Shown here one piece after another: positions 38,455 to 53,400 of a stretch of 64,000 nucleotides of DNA. The notes beneath the pieces were generated by a model. That model worked only from the letters and a program-made list of their open reading frames with translations, searched no databases and was not told where the DNA came from. The position numbers and the translations under genes were made by a program. Position 1 is the stretch's first letter; each line of letters opens with the position of its first letter. Source of the stretch: Nymphaea colorata (lineage: Eukaryota). The DNA is taken from NCBI RefSeq assembly GCF_008831285.2, contig NC_045138.2, positions 17,918,001 to 17,982,000 of the forward strand. The letters run 5' to 3'.

Positions 38455-41400
38455 TCATCTTTGAAAATGAGGATGAAAGTAAGGATGCTGAAGAGCGTTG
38501 TCAACGCTTAATCTATCTGCCTGTTGAGACATACCAGGTCACTCATTAGTCATAAGATATCCCAGCAACAAGTAGTGAGCAACAAGACTATTATTATTAA
38601 AAGATGGGTGGCATTTGGTGCCCCCTCAGGATAATCTCTTAACTACCTATAATTGATGAAGTAAATGATGAATCTATCCTGTCATATTTGTGAGTGACAA
38701 ACCCATGTCTGACATTTGTACTTTGCTGACTCATTATTCTTTTGTTACTTTGACCTTGATTAGAAGCTTACTACAGCACGCACTTGACAAAATATGCAGA
38801 TCTAATGTACATAAGCGATACTCAAATAAAGAAAATAATACAACAGAGAGTAAGAAGGAACATGGAGAAAGTGTAACGAAAATGTGCAACTAACTGGGAA
38901 CACTTTTACAAATGAACATTAAGCAGTGTAACCAGAGAATATGATATGTGGACTCTGGGGCAGCCACTCATGACACAGGTAATTTAAGTAAGCTCTCAAA
39001 TCTATTTCTTTATTCTGGTAAAAGCAGTATTTTAACGAGTGTTGGAACAGATTATTTCATTCCATGATGAAAATGCACTCTCCTCAGTCGGATTATTCTC
39101 CTAGCATCACATGTCATTGCTCCTAATATTAAAAAGAATACTGTTTTTACAGCTAAACTTGTTTATAAAACAAAAAATTTTCCATATTCCCTCTTTCAAG
39201 TCTTTAAACAAAGAAGAAGTTCTCCAAAGGAGAACGATGTGGGAATACCTTAAACGAAGATCCTACCGTACATGTCATTTTCTTCTTGAAGTCATGTCGA
39301 CGATTTCTGAACCTTCTCCTGCTTATTCTTCCTCCACTTCTTTAGTTTGTCTAAATGTAATAATTTTTGGACTTATGCCACAGCCAACTTGGTCATGTAT
39401 CGTCAAGGTTTTATTGAAAAGCTTGTGTTGGACAATCCTGTTCATCTAATTCACGATTTAGATGCTAAAATATATTGAAGTTGTCACTTATGCAAATGTC
39501 ATGCTATTTCTTTCACTTTAATTAATAAAAATCTTAAAACACCTTTGAAAGTGTCGTCAGATGTGTGGGGACAGCCATTGCATGCTCTTCTTTGGATGTC
39601 AATATTATGTTTTTTAATTGACAAGGATTCATTTCAAATGTTTTATGCCTTCATCAAGAATTGCTTTTCCCTCCAACATTGTACACTTCCAGGATGATGA
39701 TGACAGTGACTATTCTTTGACTCATTTTATTGACTTCATGGAATAGGACAAATAGCACCTTCCCCATATCCACCTCAACAAAATGGTGTGGTTCAATTGA
39801 AACACTGTCATATTGTTGAAGGTGCTACCATTGTGATATACGGTAGTAAAATTCATATTGGACCTCTTTGGGTGGATGCTTCTCACACTTGACTGACTCA
39901 GCAGACAAGTCCCTTTATCTTCTTCTTTTCAAATGGAATTTTGATATAATGATTTGCAGCTTCCGGGATGTGTTTACTAGAAGCATGTTGATAAGTTTTT
40001 CATGTATAAGTTTCAAGACAAAGCTTCCAAATGCAGCTTTCTGGCTGATGGAGATGAGTTGAAGGATTTCTTGAGCAAAAGATTTAAGATGAAAGTTCAT
40101 GAGGAGTTGAAATATTTTCTTGGTGTTGAGGTGGATAAAAGAGGAGATGTCTTAACAACTCCAAATGTTTCACATCAAAAAAAGTTTTTGGGATGGGGAC
40201 CCATGTGATGATGTTGATACGCTACAATATCTCATCTTCACCTGACCAAATATTATATATTTTATAAATCAAGTGTCTCAATTTATGCACGAGCTATGGA
40301 CTAGATACATAAACAATAAAGAAAATACGGAAATACTTGCAGGGAACTATTCGGGTAAGTGTTGCATACAGAACAAACCGAGCCACTTATTAAGTGATAT
40401 AGGAGAATTTGTCTTAAGATCATTTTTATTATGTGACAACTAGAGTGCCGAAATATAAATATCTTTTATTCTGACTTATCATAATTGCACAAAATATATT
40501 GAGATAGATCAACATTTCATCAGGTAGATGGTTCAAAATTTTGAAAAAAAAAAATCAGCCTCACTATGTTTGAACTGAAAATCAAGTAGTTGTGTGCCCT
40601 CATGTTTTTTCTCTCTCTCTCTCTCTCAAATTAGTCCCAAGTATTTTCGGCATTTTCCATACCAAATCTCCATGAGTAACCTTTTTTAATTATGCATTGT
40701 TTTTGTTATTTTTTCATATTATATTAGATATTGAATTTGTTTGTTAATAAGGATTTGTGCATATCATTTATTTCTTTATTTAGTTACATTTTGGACTATA
40801 ATTAGTTATAGGAAGTAGTTTTCATTATTTAAATCCATATTATTTTTATTTTATGTTTTACCTTGTTTAAAATAATTTTTACTTGGTGTGTGTGTGTGTG
40901 TATGTGTGTATAATCAAATTTGAGGGTGTTAAGGTCATTATTGTAAACTGAGTTAAATCACTCCCTTTCTTTTTATTTACACAGCTAAACAAACATGATT
41001 TTTGACAATTTCTTCCCTTTCATTTCCTTCCTATCCAAACATATTTTTATAATCTTTCTTGGGAATGGAATGTAACACCCCAGAAGTTTAGTTCCGTATC
41101 GAAGATTGTGAAGGATCTTCAAGGGCTTATAAAGGGAGGCTATTAATGAGATATTGTCCTGGTTCCTAACCTTTTTAGGGTTGGAACCAAAACTGCTAGG
41201 GAGCGAGTTGGGATCCGTCGAACCAGGGGCCCGAGCCCGGGAGTGGGTCGGGTTGTTACAGTGGTATCAGAGCTGGTTCAACACTCGGACCTGGGGTCCC
41301 ACACGTGCGGACGCGTATGCCTTAAGGGGGTGAATTGTAACACCCCAGAAGTTTAGTTCCGTATCGAAGATTGTGAAGGATCTTCAAGGGCTTATAAAGG

Positions 41401-44400
41401 GAGGCTATTAATGAGATATTGTCCTGGTTCCTAGCCTTTTTAAGGTTGGAACCGAAACTACTAGGGAGCGGGTTGGGATCCGTCGAACCAGGGCCCCGAG
41501 CCCGGGAGTGGGTCGGGTTGTTACAGGGAAAGGTAAGAAAAAAACCATTATAAAAATCTGTTTGGACAGGAAGGAAAAGAAAAGAAAGAAATTGTCCAAA
41601 ATAATGTTGTTTAGCTGTGTAAATAAAAGGATAGGAAATGATTTAACTCGGTCTATGTTATATAATCAAATTTGAGGTTGGCCTTAACAACCTCAAATTT
41701 GATTATATAACATAGACCGAGTTAAATCATTTTCTATCCTTTTATTTACACAGCTAAACAAACATGATTTTTTACTATTTCTTTCTTTTCTTTTCCTTCC
41801 TATCCAAACATATTTTTATAATGGTTTTTTTCTTTCCTTTTCTTTCCCTCCCCAACAGTAATCTCTCCCTTTCTTTTCTTTTCCATTTATCCTTTATAAT
41901 CATTTGATTTACATTCATCCAAAACACTATGTTTTAGAAGTTTGTAAACGTACCTAAATAAAGCAAAAGATGAAAACCCATTTTACAGTCTTTTAGAAGA
42001 AGTTATGGAAGTGTGAAAAATGTTTAGCAAATAGATTTGATTATCCTTCCAATTATGTAAATGCCAAAGAAGTTGATGCAACGTGAGGGTCTGAACCATT
42101 TGTATTGGACTTTATTGTGTTGCACATTGCATGGACTGGATATTGGAAAGATATAGGGAAAAAAACAGAACTGAAAGCATTTGTCAAAATGCAAAAAGTT
42201 GATTGTTTTCATTTAGAGACCTACATATGCCAGTGGTGAGGAGGTTTGCAACAAGATTCTTGACTTTTGAAAGTGTATACAATCAGAAGAAATATTAAGA
42301 GTTATGTCACCTCAGAAGAGTGGAACAAAAGCAAGAGGGTTAGCATTTCGATTGGGAAAAAAAAAAGTGAAAAGACCATTTTGTAAGTCAGGTTATGGAA
42401 TGGTGTGCATGATATTCCTGAAGTCACGAGTTCACTAGCATATGTGCTTTGTGTGGTAAATGGTAATGACAAATCATCAATAGGTTACATATATGAAGCA
42501 ATATAATAGGTCTGAACCATTTTATTACATGTTTATTTATTATTTCTTTTCTTTGTTTTGTTCTTGTTTAGGTCAAATCTTAAGTTGAAGTTAGACACGG
42601 TTCTGTAAGGGAGACCGTTGATAGAAGATAAGAGAAAGAAATTGAATCAGTCCTTGCATGCAGTGGGATTATATCTAAATCACAGCCAAAAATATCGCTC
42701 TTGGGCTTTTAATGACAAGGTTTTTCTCAGATATTTTTTAACAAACTAGCTTTTATCAGGAAAATCTCTATATATTTTTGAAAAATGAAAAAAATAAAAT
42801 AAATGAGAAAAAAAATGAAATAAATAAAATAAATGAGAAACTAATAATAAGACATTTAAAAACTAGATAAAATGATAAAAATAATGTCTTAATGATGAAA
42901 AAAATGATAATAAATAATTTAAAATTTAAGTTTAAAGGTAAATCTATGATGTCACTAACCTTAAAAAAGAAAAAACAGAAAAACGGGTAAAAGACAGGAA
43001 AAAATGTGAGAAAAACGTGATAAATATATTTTTCACATTTTTTTCAAAAAGATGGTGGTTTTCTTCATTTTTAGCATTTTTTCGTCAGTATTGCGATATT
43101 TGTGGCTATGATCTAAATCCCATAATATATTATGATTATCAAAAAATCATGTCAAATTATGAAACAAAAGGTGGATTCTTTAAGTCAATTACTCACCTTG
43201 TGGAATCTGTTGCAAACCAAAGTAAAATATGCAACCAAGTTGGTAGTTTACAAAAATTGAAGGACCATTTCCTATGGCAATGGATAAAAGAAAAAGGAAA
43301 GAGTACTTACCAAGAAAGTGTGTAAACATTTTAACCTTGAATTGCACTATTTGACTTTATTTTAAAACAATATACAATCATCATCAGTTTCCTATTTTAA
43401 ATTGTTGATTTTGGATTGCTTTGGTATTAGATATACGAGCTCTAAAACTTTGCTGCTATTTGGATATATGTCAAGGTATTTAACAACATCGATTACTGAC
43501 ATTATAGATGGCATTGACCAGCTAATCCCATAAACTAAAGATGAAGATGGAGATGGAACACCAAAAGCAAAAAAAAAAGGCATCACCTTGTCTCTTCGGA
43601 GACATCCGATAAAATTGGGAAAAAGGCATCACCTCTACCACTGCAACAGGCCTACCACCAAAATATCATGAAGAAAAGATCCAGAGAAGTTGTGATGAAA
43701 ATGTTGAAGAATTATGCTCTTTTTACAATAGATAAGTAATTTGAAGTATTAGAAAACCACTATATTTTTGTATATTCTGTGAACAAATAACATTGAGTAT
43801 TGGTATTGAAAACATTTCCGTATTGACTTATTGTTCAATATAGTTGCATTATTGTGTCAAAAATTAATTTTCCATTGGGAAATATTTCATTTTTCTTGTT
43901 AAATTCAACATTAATCTTGTATTTAATTAATAGTTGCGTTGTGATAACTTGATTTTCTATAGAGAAATATTTCATTTTTTTCTTGTTAAATTAAACATTT
44001 AATCTTGTATTTCATTAATTTTCTTTATACCATTTACTATTTAATGTGCTAATCCTGCCAAGGCTCCATGCTCAACCATTCGCCTAGGTTGTGCTTAGTG
44101 CTTTCAACAACGTAGATTATTAGAGAATGAAAAAATGACAGTAGAATTAGGATTCGAGGACTAGAATGCAGCGAGGCTTACAGGATGCCAGATCAACAGT
44201 TGGCGGACCAAGCGCAAATACCAAATATCTGGAAATCTGTAAAAATAAAAAGTACTATATTTAAGGGTGAAAATTTCCAGAATAAAGAACAAAAAAACTA
44301 GACAAAATTAACCAATAAAGTAAAAGATCTAGCAGCTCCAAAGAAAAGATCTAACAGCTAGGAACCAACCCAAGTTTGAGTGGATCCCGTGCCTTCACTT

Positions 44401-47400
44401 GTTCAGAGAAAGCTTCCTCAGTGCATTTCCAAGAAGCAAGCCAGGAACCACCCTTGTCAAGAAAACATTCTTTTAGAGTACATGCATGATTATCATTAAA
44501 AACCAAGCATAAAAAAATTCTTTAATCTTGATCCTCATCATACAGTGCAGATAACATAATTTCAGCCGGACCAATAGATCTATGTATCTGTTTGAATAGA
44601 ATACCAACTCACATGCTCCCCTTTCGCACCAGTAGATTGGTGGAGTGGTGAACTCCCAGGGACCAAAATGCACATTTCCATGAACGCCCTCAATCTGGGA
44701 GCAGCATTCACCAAGAGATATAGGCAATTAACTAAGTAATAAACTATGAGAGAATGTGTGAAAATACATACTAAATAGTAACTTGGACAAAAGAGGGAAA
44801 CATGACCAAAGAAATCATATGCTCCAGTTTTTATTCAACACAGGCTTTTAGCAATCAAAGAGATTTAAAAGAAAGAATAGATCCAATGGGTACGTCATTT
44901 TTAATTTCTTCAGATGATTAAACTTACTTGTAAGCAAGCTCCCTTGCCTCCATAGTCCAACCATCTAGATACTGATCTAAGAGAGAACGGGTCCTAGAAC
45001 TTATCTGAAAGACATGTGGAGATCCTAAGATCAGTTCCATCATTACAACACCAACACCCCACATATCATACCTGATAAATAAGAATCAAACAGTTGATGA
45101 ATCATATTCAGTTGAGTACCACATTCCCTTATGTTAGAATCAGAAAACATAACCCAGCTCCCACAGACCAAAAGGCCTTTTAACATACTTGAGTGTTATA
45201 TCAGGTGACCCACGAGACCAACTAATATTTAGCATAGCCTCAGGGGAAGTGTACTCAACTGTCTCCTCCAACCTGCAAGAATGCAGTAAGACATCTCATG
45301 GTTGGCAACATTGAAAGCAAGGTCGTATTGCACGAGCCAAACATAACCAGAAATTAACTGTTATTAGCTACTATATGATGTTTCTGATAACCAACACACA
45401 CCACAATATCATTAAAGTATGTCTACCTCTTGAAGATCAAAACTTACAAATATTAGTCCTTCTGTATTCTTGTGTACTTATGGCAGCTAACACAAATATG
45501 TAATTAGATAAAGCCATTCAAGTTCTGCAAAAAGAGTTGACAGTTTGACATTCCAAATGTGCCACCAAGAGTCACCCAGCATTTTAGTATTCTTTGACAA
45601 ATCCAATCATATAGACAGACATGAATATCAAAAAATCAAAAAAGTCTAAAAAATCAGGAAAATAGGAAATAATAATTTGAAAAAAAAAACTCTTCATGAG
45701 AAACGTGAAAATGTAAACATAAAAAATAACAAATATATGTTAACAACATTCATGCTTTTATTAGAAATAATCAAAATCAACCACTTAACTTACCTTCACT
45801 ACTTAAATGTGAATGAAAACAATCTTCCTTATCAAGGACTTACTCTTTGGAGTCTTTAAGCAACTTGTTGTCAGAAATTTGAATTTTTATTTTTTTGATT
45901 TTTTTAGAATAAATATATGGTCTCATAAGAGAAAACTTTATTTATTGCATTACTTTTTTTAACTTTAGACGTGCAAGAATGCCAGTCACATTTAACATAA
46001 CATTCAACCTTAAGCAATTTATGAAACTTAAAATCAGAAACTTTTTGACCCTATTTTATCCGTTCAAGGTTTGAGTCACACCCTGTTTCATCTAACATGC
46101 ATGCAATATGGAGGGTCTACAGTAAATTACACCCAATATCGTATATTTACACCCATGAAACTCGTTTCAAGGGTAACTGACATCATTATCTTGTCCAAAC
46201 AAATAAATACTTGAATAACATATCATTTAATGCATTGCTTACTAGACAAACCAAAAATTAGCAAAGAATAGGATGGATAGATATTTTATATTCCTCCTTA
46301 AGGTCCACTCTTTCTAAACTAATAAGGAAAATTGTTGTAAAAATATAAATATAAATTGTATAAATATTCTGGACAAATGAAAATTTCCATTAGCAGAACT
46401 AGTCATACCTTGAAGGTCCTTTCGATCCATACAGATGCTTGATTGTAAATTCATTAATAGCACTACCAAAATCAATTATGCGCCTGGAAATCAAAGAAAC
46501 CAAGCCGTTAACAGTCCAACAGCACATACAAAGTTTTGCACGCTTAGAAAATGATCAGCATAATTTTTGCACGCTTAGAAAATGATCAGCATAGCCTTGA
46601 CTTTGGGTATTGTTTGTGAACTCTCACAAGGCTCCTTTTTTAGTAGTGAATTTTTTCATATCTCTTTTAAGAGTCTAAGCTCCTTGAGAGCTTACTAAGT
46701 GTATTCTTAAATGCACATGGATTTGTCTAACATTTTTATAGAAACCGAAACAGTTACACACTTCCATTCAAACTCATGAGGTAATATAGGAGCACACATT
46801 AGAATACTTACAATTTAATGTTGTACATATTTGCATCACTAGGATATCCCCTTAAACATTTCCCAGTCACCCTATCTTCCAAGCATATCACCATGTTCTC
46901 TTGAAAATTGGAGTAAAACAAATGTCAGTAAAAAAAATAGCTGCAAAGATGGGCAAATGCAAAGCTTACTGATACATACAGTAAAGTACATTAATACAAT
47001 GTCTATTGCCAAGTATAACAGTTCATTTCATGAACATGTAGCTCAAATATTCACTCTTTTTTATTAGGGAACCAAAACATAAGGGAGTAGTAGCAACTTT
47101 AAACCAGTTACACGCTAAACTTCAATGTAACATCTGACTGCCCACCATGCTTTTACAGCAGTCTGTCCTTGGCATCTTTTGTCACAAGCAACCAAACTTA
47201 CAAACTTAACAGCAATCATGATTTAAGCTGAAGTACAATGATTGGAGAAGAGCTCTTATATAGGTAACTATGACAGAGTGGAGAATAATGCAAGACATTC
47301 AGGGTGGAACCAAATCTTAGGTCCTTATTTTCAGGATCAGATATAAGTTTTCCTTTATCATCACAATCTTGCCCTTATCCTCTCTTGGGGAGATCCCACT

Positions 47401-50400
47401 ATTTTTGGCAGCAATCACGTTATTCTCAGAATGGCTCAATGGACTTTGATGCATGGGTTTGGTGGACGGTGTGGAGGTATTGATGATACCCTAATAACTA
47501 GGTGAGCCATTTGAACATATGACTGCAAACATTTTTTTTTTCATCGACTTGATGAAATCTTTACAAGATCTTTCAACATTTCTTTTTGATAGGCAAAAAT
47601 GTGAAAGAGTGAAACAAAGAACAGGGCATACATACAAAGAGCGTCCCCCCCCCCCCCAACCAATCAGGTTTCAATACAATCAAGCTATTAATCAAGACGC
47701 ATTCAGCCACACGCCATGTCCATTCATTTACCCTGGAGCCACATGGCATACCCCTCTCCTTGATTACAGGAACCTATCTCATTCTGCTAATGGTTTTTCA
47801 ATTTTTCTTTTCTAGCCACATGTTAAGCAACCAGGCCCCAAACCTAGCTACATCCTGTGTGATTAAATACAATTTTCTTTCTAAAATCAAGACTGCTTAC
47901 TTATGTTATCTTGTCAATTTTAACCATCCCACATTATGATTTATGATCCTTTCATATTTCCATTTTTTAGTTCATAGCGCCTGTGGGTGCAAACATAGAC
48001 GTGTGCACATCATATGCAACCTCTTGGTGGGAATAAATCCCCGTGATAACGCAAATTACTCTGAATCCAAACACGTTGTAGTGGTGGCAGCAACCCACCG
48101 GGATTTTATCCTCATGTAGCAATGACCACCCTTTCTTGTGACATGCTGTTGGGAGGGAATGAGTGTTCTGCTCAAGCATACAGATTACAAACCGATGTCT
48201 AAGGTCTTGCAATGCATACCCTCTGAGTACGCTAGCCAGTGGAAAATGGAAAGGGCTCACCTGCCCAGACTAACCCATCAACTACCTAAACACATATTTT
48301 CAAATAATTTATTATGATAAAAGTCTTCCGATAGACGATCACATTAAATCCCACTCTTGGAAAGTGTGGACTTAGGTTCACTTGTGCACAATAGGTACAC
48401 CTCAGACTTAGGTGTAGTCTGACCTTTGTCCAAGCTGAAAATTTAATTTATTGGCTATTATTACTCACGAACAAAGGCGAAGATGGAATTTGCTGTGATC
48501 TGTTGTTAGCTGTTTAAAGTTGCACAAAACAAGGATGAGGAAGTACACTAGAGTAAGAGCAATGCAGCCCAGGGAGGAGAGGGTGGAGGAACCTACTATT
48601 GAGGTATAGGTGATCTAGAAAGCAGATCAAGCTTTTGACATGTCATCCTCTGACATCAGTCAAGAAGAAGGTTAGAAACAAATAATAGCATCATTATAGC
48701 GCTAAAGAAAATAGTCACAAAAGTTGGTGATGGCCGCAGCATTAGCATCATAGGCATTCATAACATACCCTTTCTCTAAATCTTCTCATGTTCAACAAAG
48801 TCTTTGCACTATACGTCTAGCTACCTCGTCTAGAACATGGTGCCACCGATAATGTTCGGTACAAAATTTTTGTTCATGATTATTGTTCTTCTAATACCAT
48901 TAATTTCATGAAATGGATTGGTAGATCACCTTTTCTCATCAAGGGGAAATGGATAACTAGTCTTCTCGGTCACTCAGTTCAAGTGCTCAAGCCAATATTC
49001 AAACATCCCATTAAGCAATTTTTTCTAGCCACAATCTAAAAAAGCATTTAAGCTTTCATGGCATTCTAAAGTTCTCAATAACTGGCTCTTTAAACATAAA
49101 AGGTTACATGCATAAGGACAAAGATTGTTTAGAACCATCCATCAAAATATGCAAATCAGAACTTGACAAGTGGCTTTAAGATGAAAAGACATTATCAAGT
49201 TCATCAAAGCTAGATATACAAGTACATAGCCAGTAGCAGAATTTACTACTCACCTGGTTTTATGTCCCTATGGGTGATGTTGCGATCATGACATGACTTT
49301 AGAGCTAACAGCTAAGCAAAAATATCAAAAGAGGAACATTATGTAAGACACTTTGAGAGGTTAAAGCACAAAAATCTAAACAAAAAATCTAACATGTTTG
49401 GCTCTATGTATAACCTTTGTGGTAAGTGGAAAGTAAACACTACAAGCTTCAGCCTTCGCTAGTTAAGATGAACATAAGAGATCCATTGTTTTCAAAATTA
49501 AATGCAAGTTTCTCTATGCAACTCCATGAAATTGATAGTATCTTATCTAATTTCATCAACTATAGCAGCATCAAGATGTCCATGTATCTAAAAGAGCTGA
49601 TCAAACAATCGATTTATAGATGTACTGCTATACTCATCCAATACAGACAGTGATACAATAAAAATATAGCCTGGAAAGAACCCTCGACCTACTCATGAAT
49701 CATAGTCAAGACCCAATAACTTTCTGCCACCATACATAAAAAGTACCATTACCTGTTTGGTTATCATAATAGTAATTCTATTGACCCCATAAACTATTAT
49801 GCTAACAAAAGACTGTACGCAATGATCATGATCTTGTTAGGTGACATAGTATTTGTCAGCAATAGCAGAGAAAATGCAAATAGAAATTTGAAACTTTGAA
49901 ACTTAAGAAAAGTTTCAAAGATATTATACTTAAAATTTAATAAAATATAAGCAAGGCATCTTACCCAGATCAAATAACATTCATCCGTTACACTTTAAGA
50001 ACTTTGAATGAAATCTCATGTCCACTGATTGATCAATCAATAAGCATGACTACAATACACTATAATTTCATCAAATGTTAGTGAATGTCATATTGCATCA
50101 TCAAAATGTTAATGAACATCATACTGCACTTGCTACTGGTGCTGCTCTAACTCAAAGATCTGTGAATCCTTCATTTCCTAACACAACCTGCACCTCCGCT
50201 GCTATTCTTAATAAGATTTTGCCATAAAAAACTGCAAAATATGCTCAACAAAGGGAACCAAGTGAAACAATTTGATTTTATGCCAATTTCACAGGAGAAA
50301 TGGTTCATATAATTTGCTACATAGAAGACGCATGAATCTTGTAAGTTCTGACATTGTACTTGTCAGATCCATTATCTGAGGTTCGGATTTATAGTCTCCT

Positions 50401-53400
50401 TCATACGACCAAGAAGTCAATATAAACATTGTCAGTGTATTGTATGTACAAAGGAGTTCATCTTTAAGAAGACATGAAACCTCAAAAAATTTCCAGAACT
50501 AGATCACATAAATTTTCAACAGTAAGAAAATAGAAAAGATAGATGCAGCAGTAAATACCAGTTGCCATATAAGGCTCCGCATCTGCTTTTGTCCCGCTTC
50601 TGTTTTCCTCAACCAGTGCCACCACGAAGAGGGACGCATAATCTGAATGCTTTCAGTATTTTCATCTCTTTCATTGTCAGCACCTTCTCCTGTTGCTTCA
50701 GTCGTATATATAAGCTTTGACAACGATTGACCCTCATTTTGAAACACGAGCCAAAGTTCATTGTGTTCTGACTCAAAAGATTCTACATATCTAGCTATAT
50801 GGTCCAAACCTTCTTCATAGTCAACAATTGTCGTTCTTGATTTGTATGCACATGTATTTGCAGAACTCAAGTTCTCCCCCACTTCAAACAGGTCTGAATC
50901 ATTTCTTTGCAACTGTTGGTTGAGCTCATTTGCTTTAGTTAAGTCATCAGAAATGCATATTGAGGCCAATGCTTTGATAGCAACTGAAGCATTCAAAAAG
51001 ATTTCCCCAAAGTATCTTTCACGTAATCCACTTAAATAGGCACTATTTCCTCTTTCTACCTGTCAAGAGCATCATGGTAGAAGTTAGTAATCTGCTGTCA
51101 AAATCAGTAACCAATATAACCTTTGAAACTAGATTACCTTGAACCAGTAATGGCATTCATTAAGACACAAACATGAAAAATCAATGTACCTCTTATGAAG
51201 AAAAAGCTACCTCTCAATATGCACAGTCATATTGTGTGTGCAAGACAACTCCAACAACTAACGTTTTTAAAGGGGTATGTTTGAGGCATGAAGCGTACAC
51301 CTCGAAGCATTATTTGAGGAAAGGCCCCCAAAGCATAAGCATGAGGTGCATTCTGCACTGATGTGTGTGCTTCACCCTGGTGAAGTACAAGCCACGATGG
51401 AGCATGAGCCGTACCTGAGGCACAAGCCTCGAGCACAATATTTTTTCCCTTGAAAAATGAAAAACTGTGTGTGTGTTTTTCATTAACAAAACTCCTTTCA
51501 CCTTTTTACCTAGAACCCTTCATCTCCCAGCATACACCTTAGCTTTCATTTCTCATCAAAACCCTCCATTGTGACTATGTCTCTCTTAATTTCAGTCTTC
51601 GATTGAATCCATTCTCACCACCCACAGTTCTCTCTCTCTCTGTGTGAAGGGAGATAAGGTGGTCAAAGTGAGTGCTATGGTTGGTTCTTAGGACGGTGTT
51701 GTTGCATAGAGTGCAAGGTGGTTCCGCAGGTGGGGAGAGGAAAATACATCAAGGTATTTGAAGGGATTAATACCACCAACTACAAGTGACGCATCTTTAA
51801 GATCCTTTTTGGGGATTGTAGTTTTCAGCTTTTATTTAACCGTTTGCAGTGTTTCAAGATGAGTTCGAGTAGATGGGGAGTCTGAATTCTATTGCACTTG
51901 GCACTTGCAACATATTAGAGATCTATGTGCCAATCAGAGACTAACTTGATTTGTATCAGAACAAGGTTCTTTGAGAAATATAAACTCTCAGTCATGAACA
52001 ACCCTTAGGAAATGGTGCTAGTGCTAGTGCTAGTGCTACCCATTTGGGCATGCTCGTCTCTTCTAGTTTGAGAAAAATCATTTTTTAACATATCAAAGAT
52101 TTAGAAGAGGCAGGAAAGACACAAACAGAAAACTCCTCAGCTTGGACGCTGAACTTCGAAATTTAACTGCATAACAGGAAACATGTCTGAGTTATGTTTG
52201 AGAAGTAGTGTTCATGGTGACCCTACAGAATTTAGCATTTTGTTTTCATCGAGATTCTAATTTCTTTGAAGAATTTTGACTGATTGTTTGCATTTTATAG
52301 CTATACATGGTGAGTATTGTAAGAAGGTGTGCCCTATGTTTCATAAGAATTTTATCACATTAAGAATATGCTAGAGAAAGAAGTTAACTGAAAGCAGAAC
52401 AGATGAAATAAATGATCACATTGGATCACGCGGAAGAAGAAAGAAGTACTGAAAAATCGAAAGCAAGACTTGGATTCATAATTAAGTGCCTAACTGATAG
52501 GCAAATTTTATGTTATAATCACACTATTATAATAAATTAACAGTCAATTGATGTGTGATCTTAGTGGTCATAGCAAAAAAATCGTCACAAGGTTGTGTAA
52601 GTTAAACAATTGAGTCATGCATTAGAAAGTACATTCTCTTTCAGAATATTTTAAAATTAACATCCTTATCCCAGGGATTGTGTCAGTTTCTAAATAAAAA
52701 TTGGCGTAAAGTGCTTGAATATGAGCTAATTAATTGTGAAATAATATTCATGTCCAGATGATGAAGATAGGCTCAACATCTTTTGATAACCTATAGCAGT
52801 GATATGTTCACAGATATAACTGCAAAATATGTTCACACTTCACAGATATAACTGCAAAATAAATTCTTGGTTGGATCGCACAGCAAGGCGATGAAAGCAT
52901 CAAGAATGGTACTACAAAATTTGTAGTGCACGATAATAATGAAATATGCTTCCCATTCACATGGTAGAGATTCAACCCCTTTCGCTTCTCTTGAACATAA
53001 ATGACAGACATCAGGTCTTACGCAACTTACCAGACAACCTCATATATGTTGTTTGCCTTTGTGAAACAATAAGGCCTTCAGAAATACCCATGACAAATGC
53101 CCCTATGAAAGCATTCAATTCCTAATACAGTATCAGACAGTCAGCTAACAAAGACTGTCTAGCTAGGGTCTGACCATAAACATTAAGTGAAATGGCCCTT
53201 GAACAGTCAGGTTTGTCCCTAAATAATTTAGTATCAGAGGCATACCTGCAGACATAGAACAAGTTCTGAAAGAAACAATAAGGGATGTCACATCAACCAA
53301 ATCAGCAAAAAATAAGCAAGCATAAAACCATGCGGCCTCAACATGAGCGTAATCCTAAGAATTCTTCATTATCTTGCCAACCATCCATGGTATAAATCAT

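Noticed and set aside
41071..41525. 5S rRNA gene or canonical Cassandra element
   Set aside because: No recognisable 5S internal promoter sequence in the LTRs.
51255..52450. Possible additional degenerate DNA transposon in a kinase intron
   Set aside because: Repeat-like subterminal motifs are visible, but I could not define termini, TSD or protein motifs.
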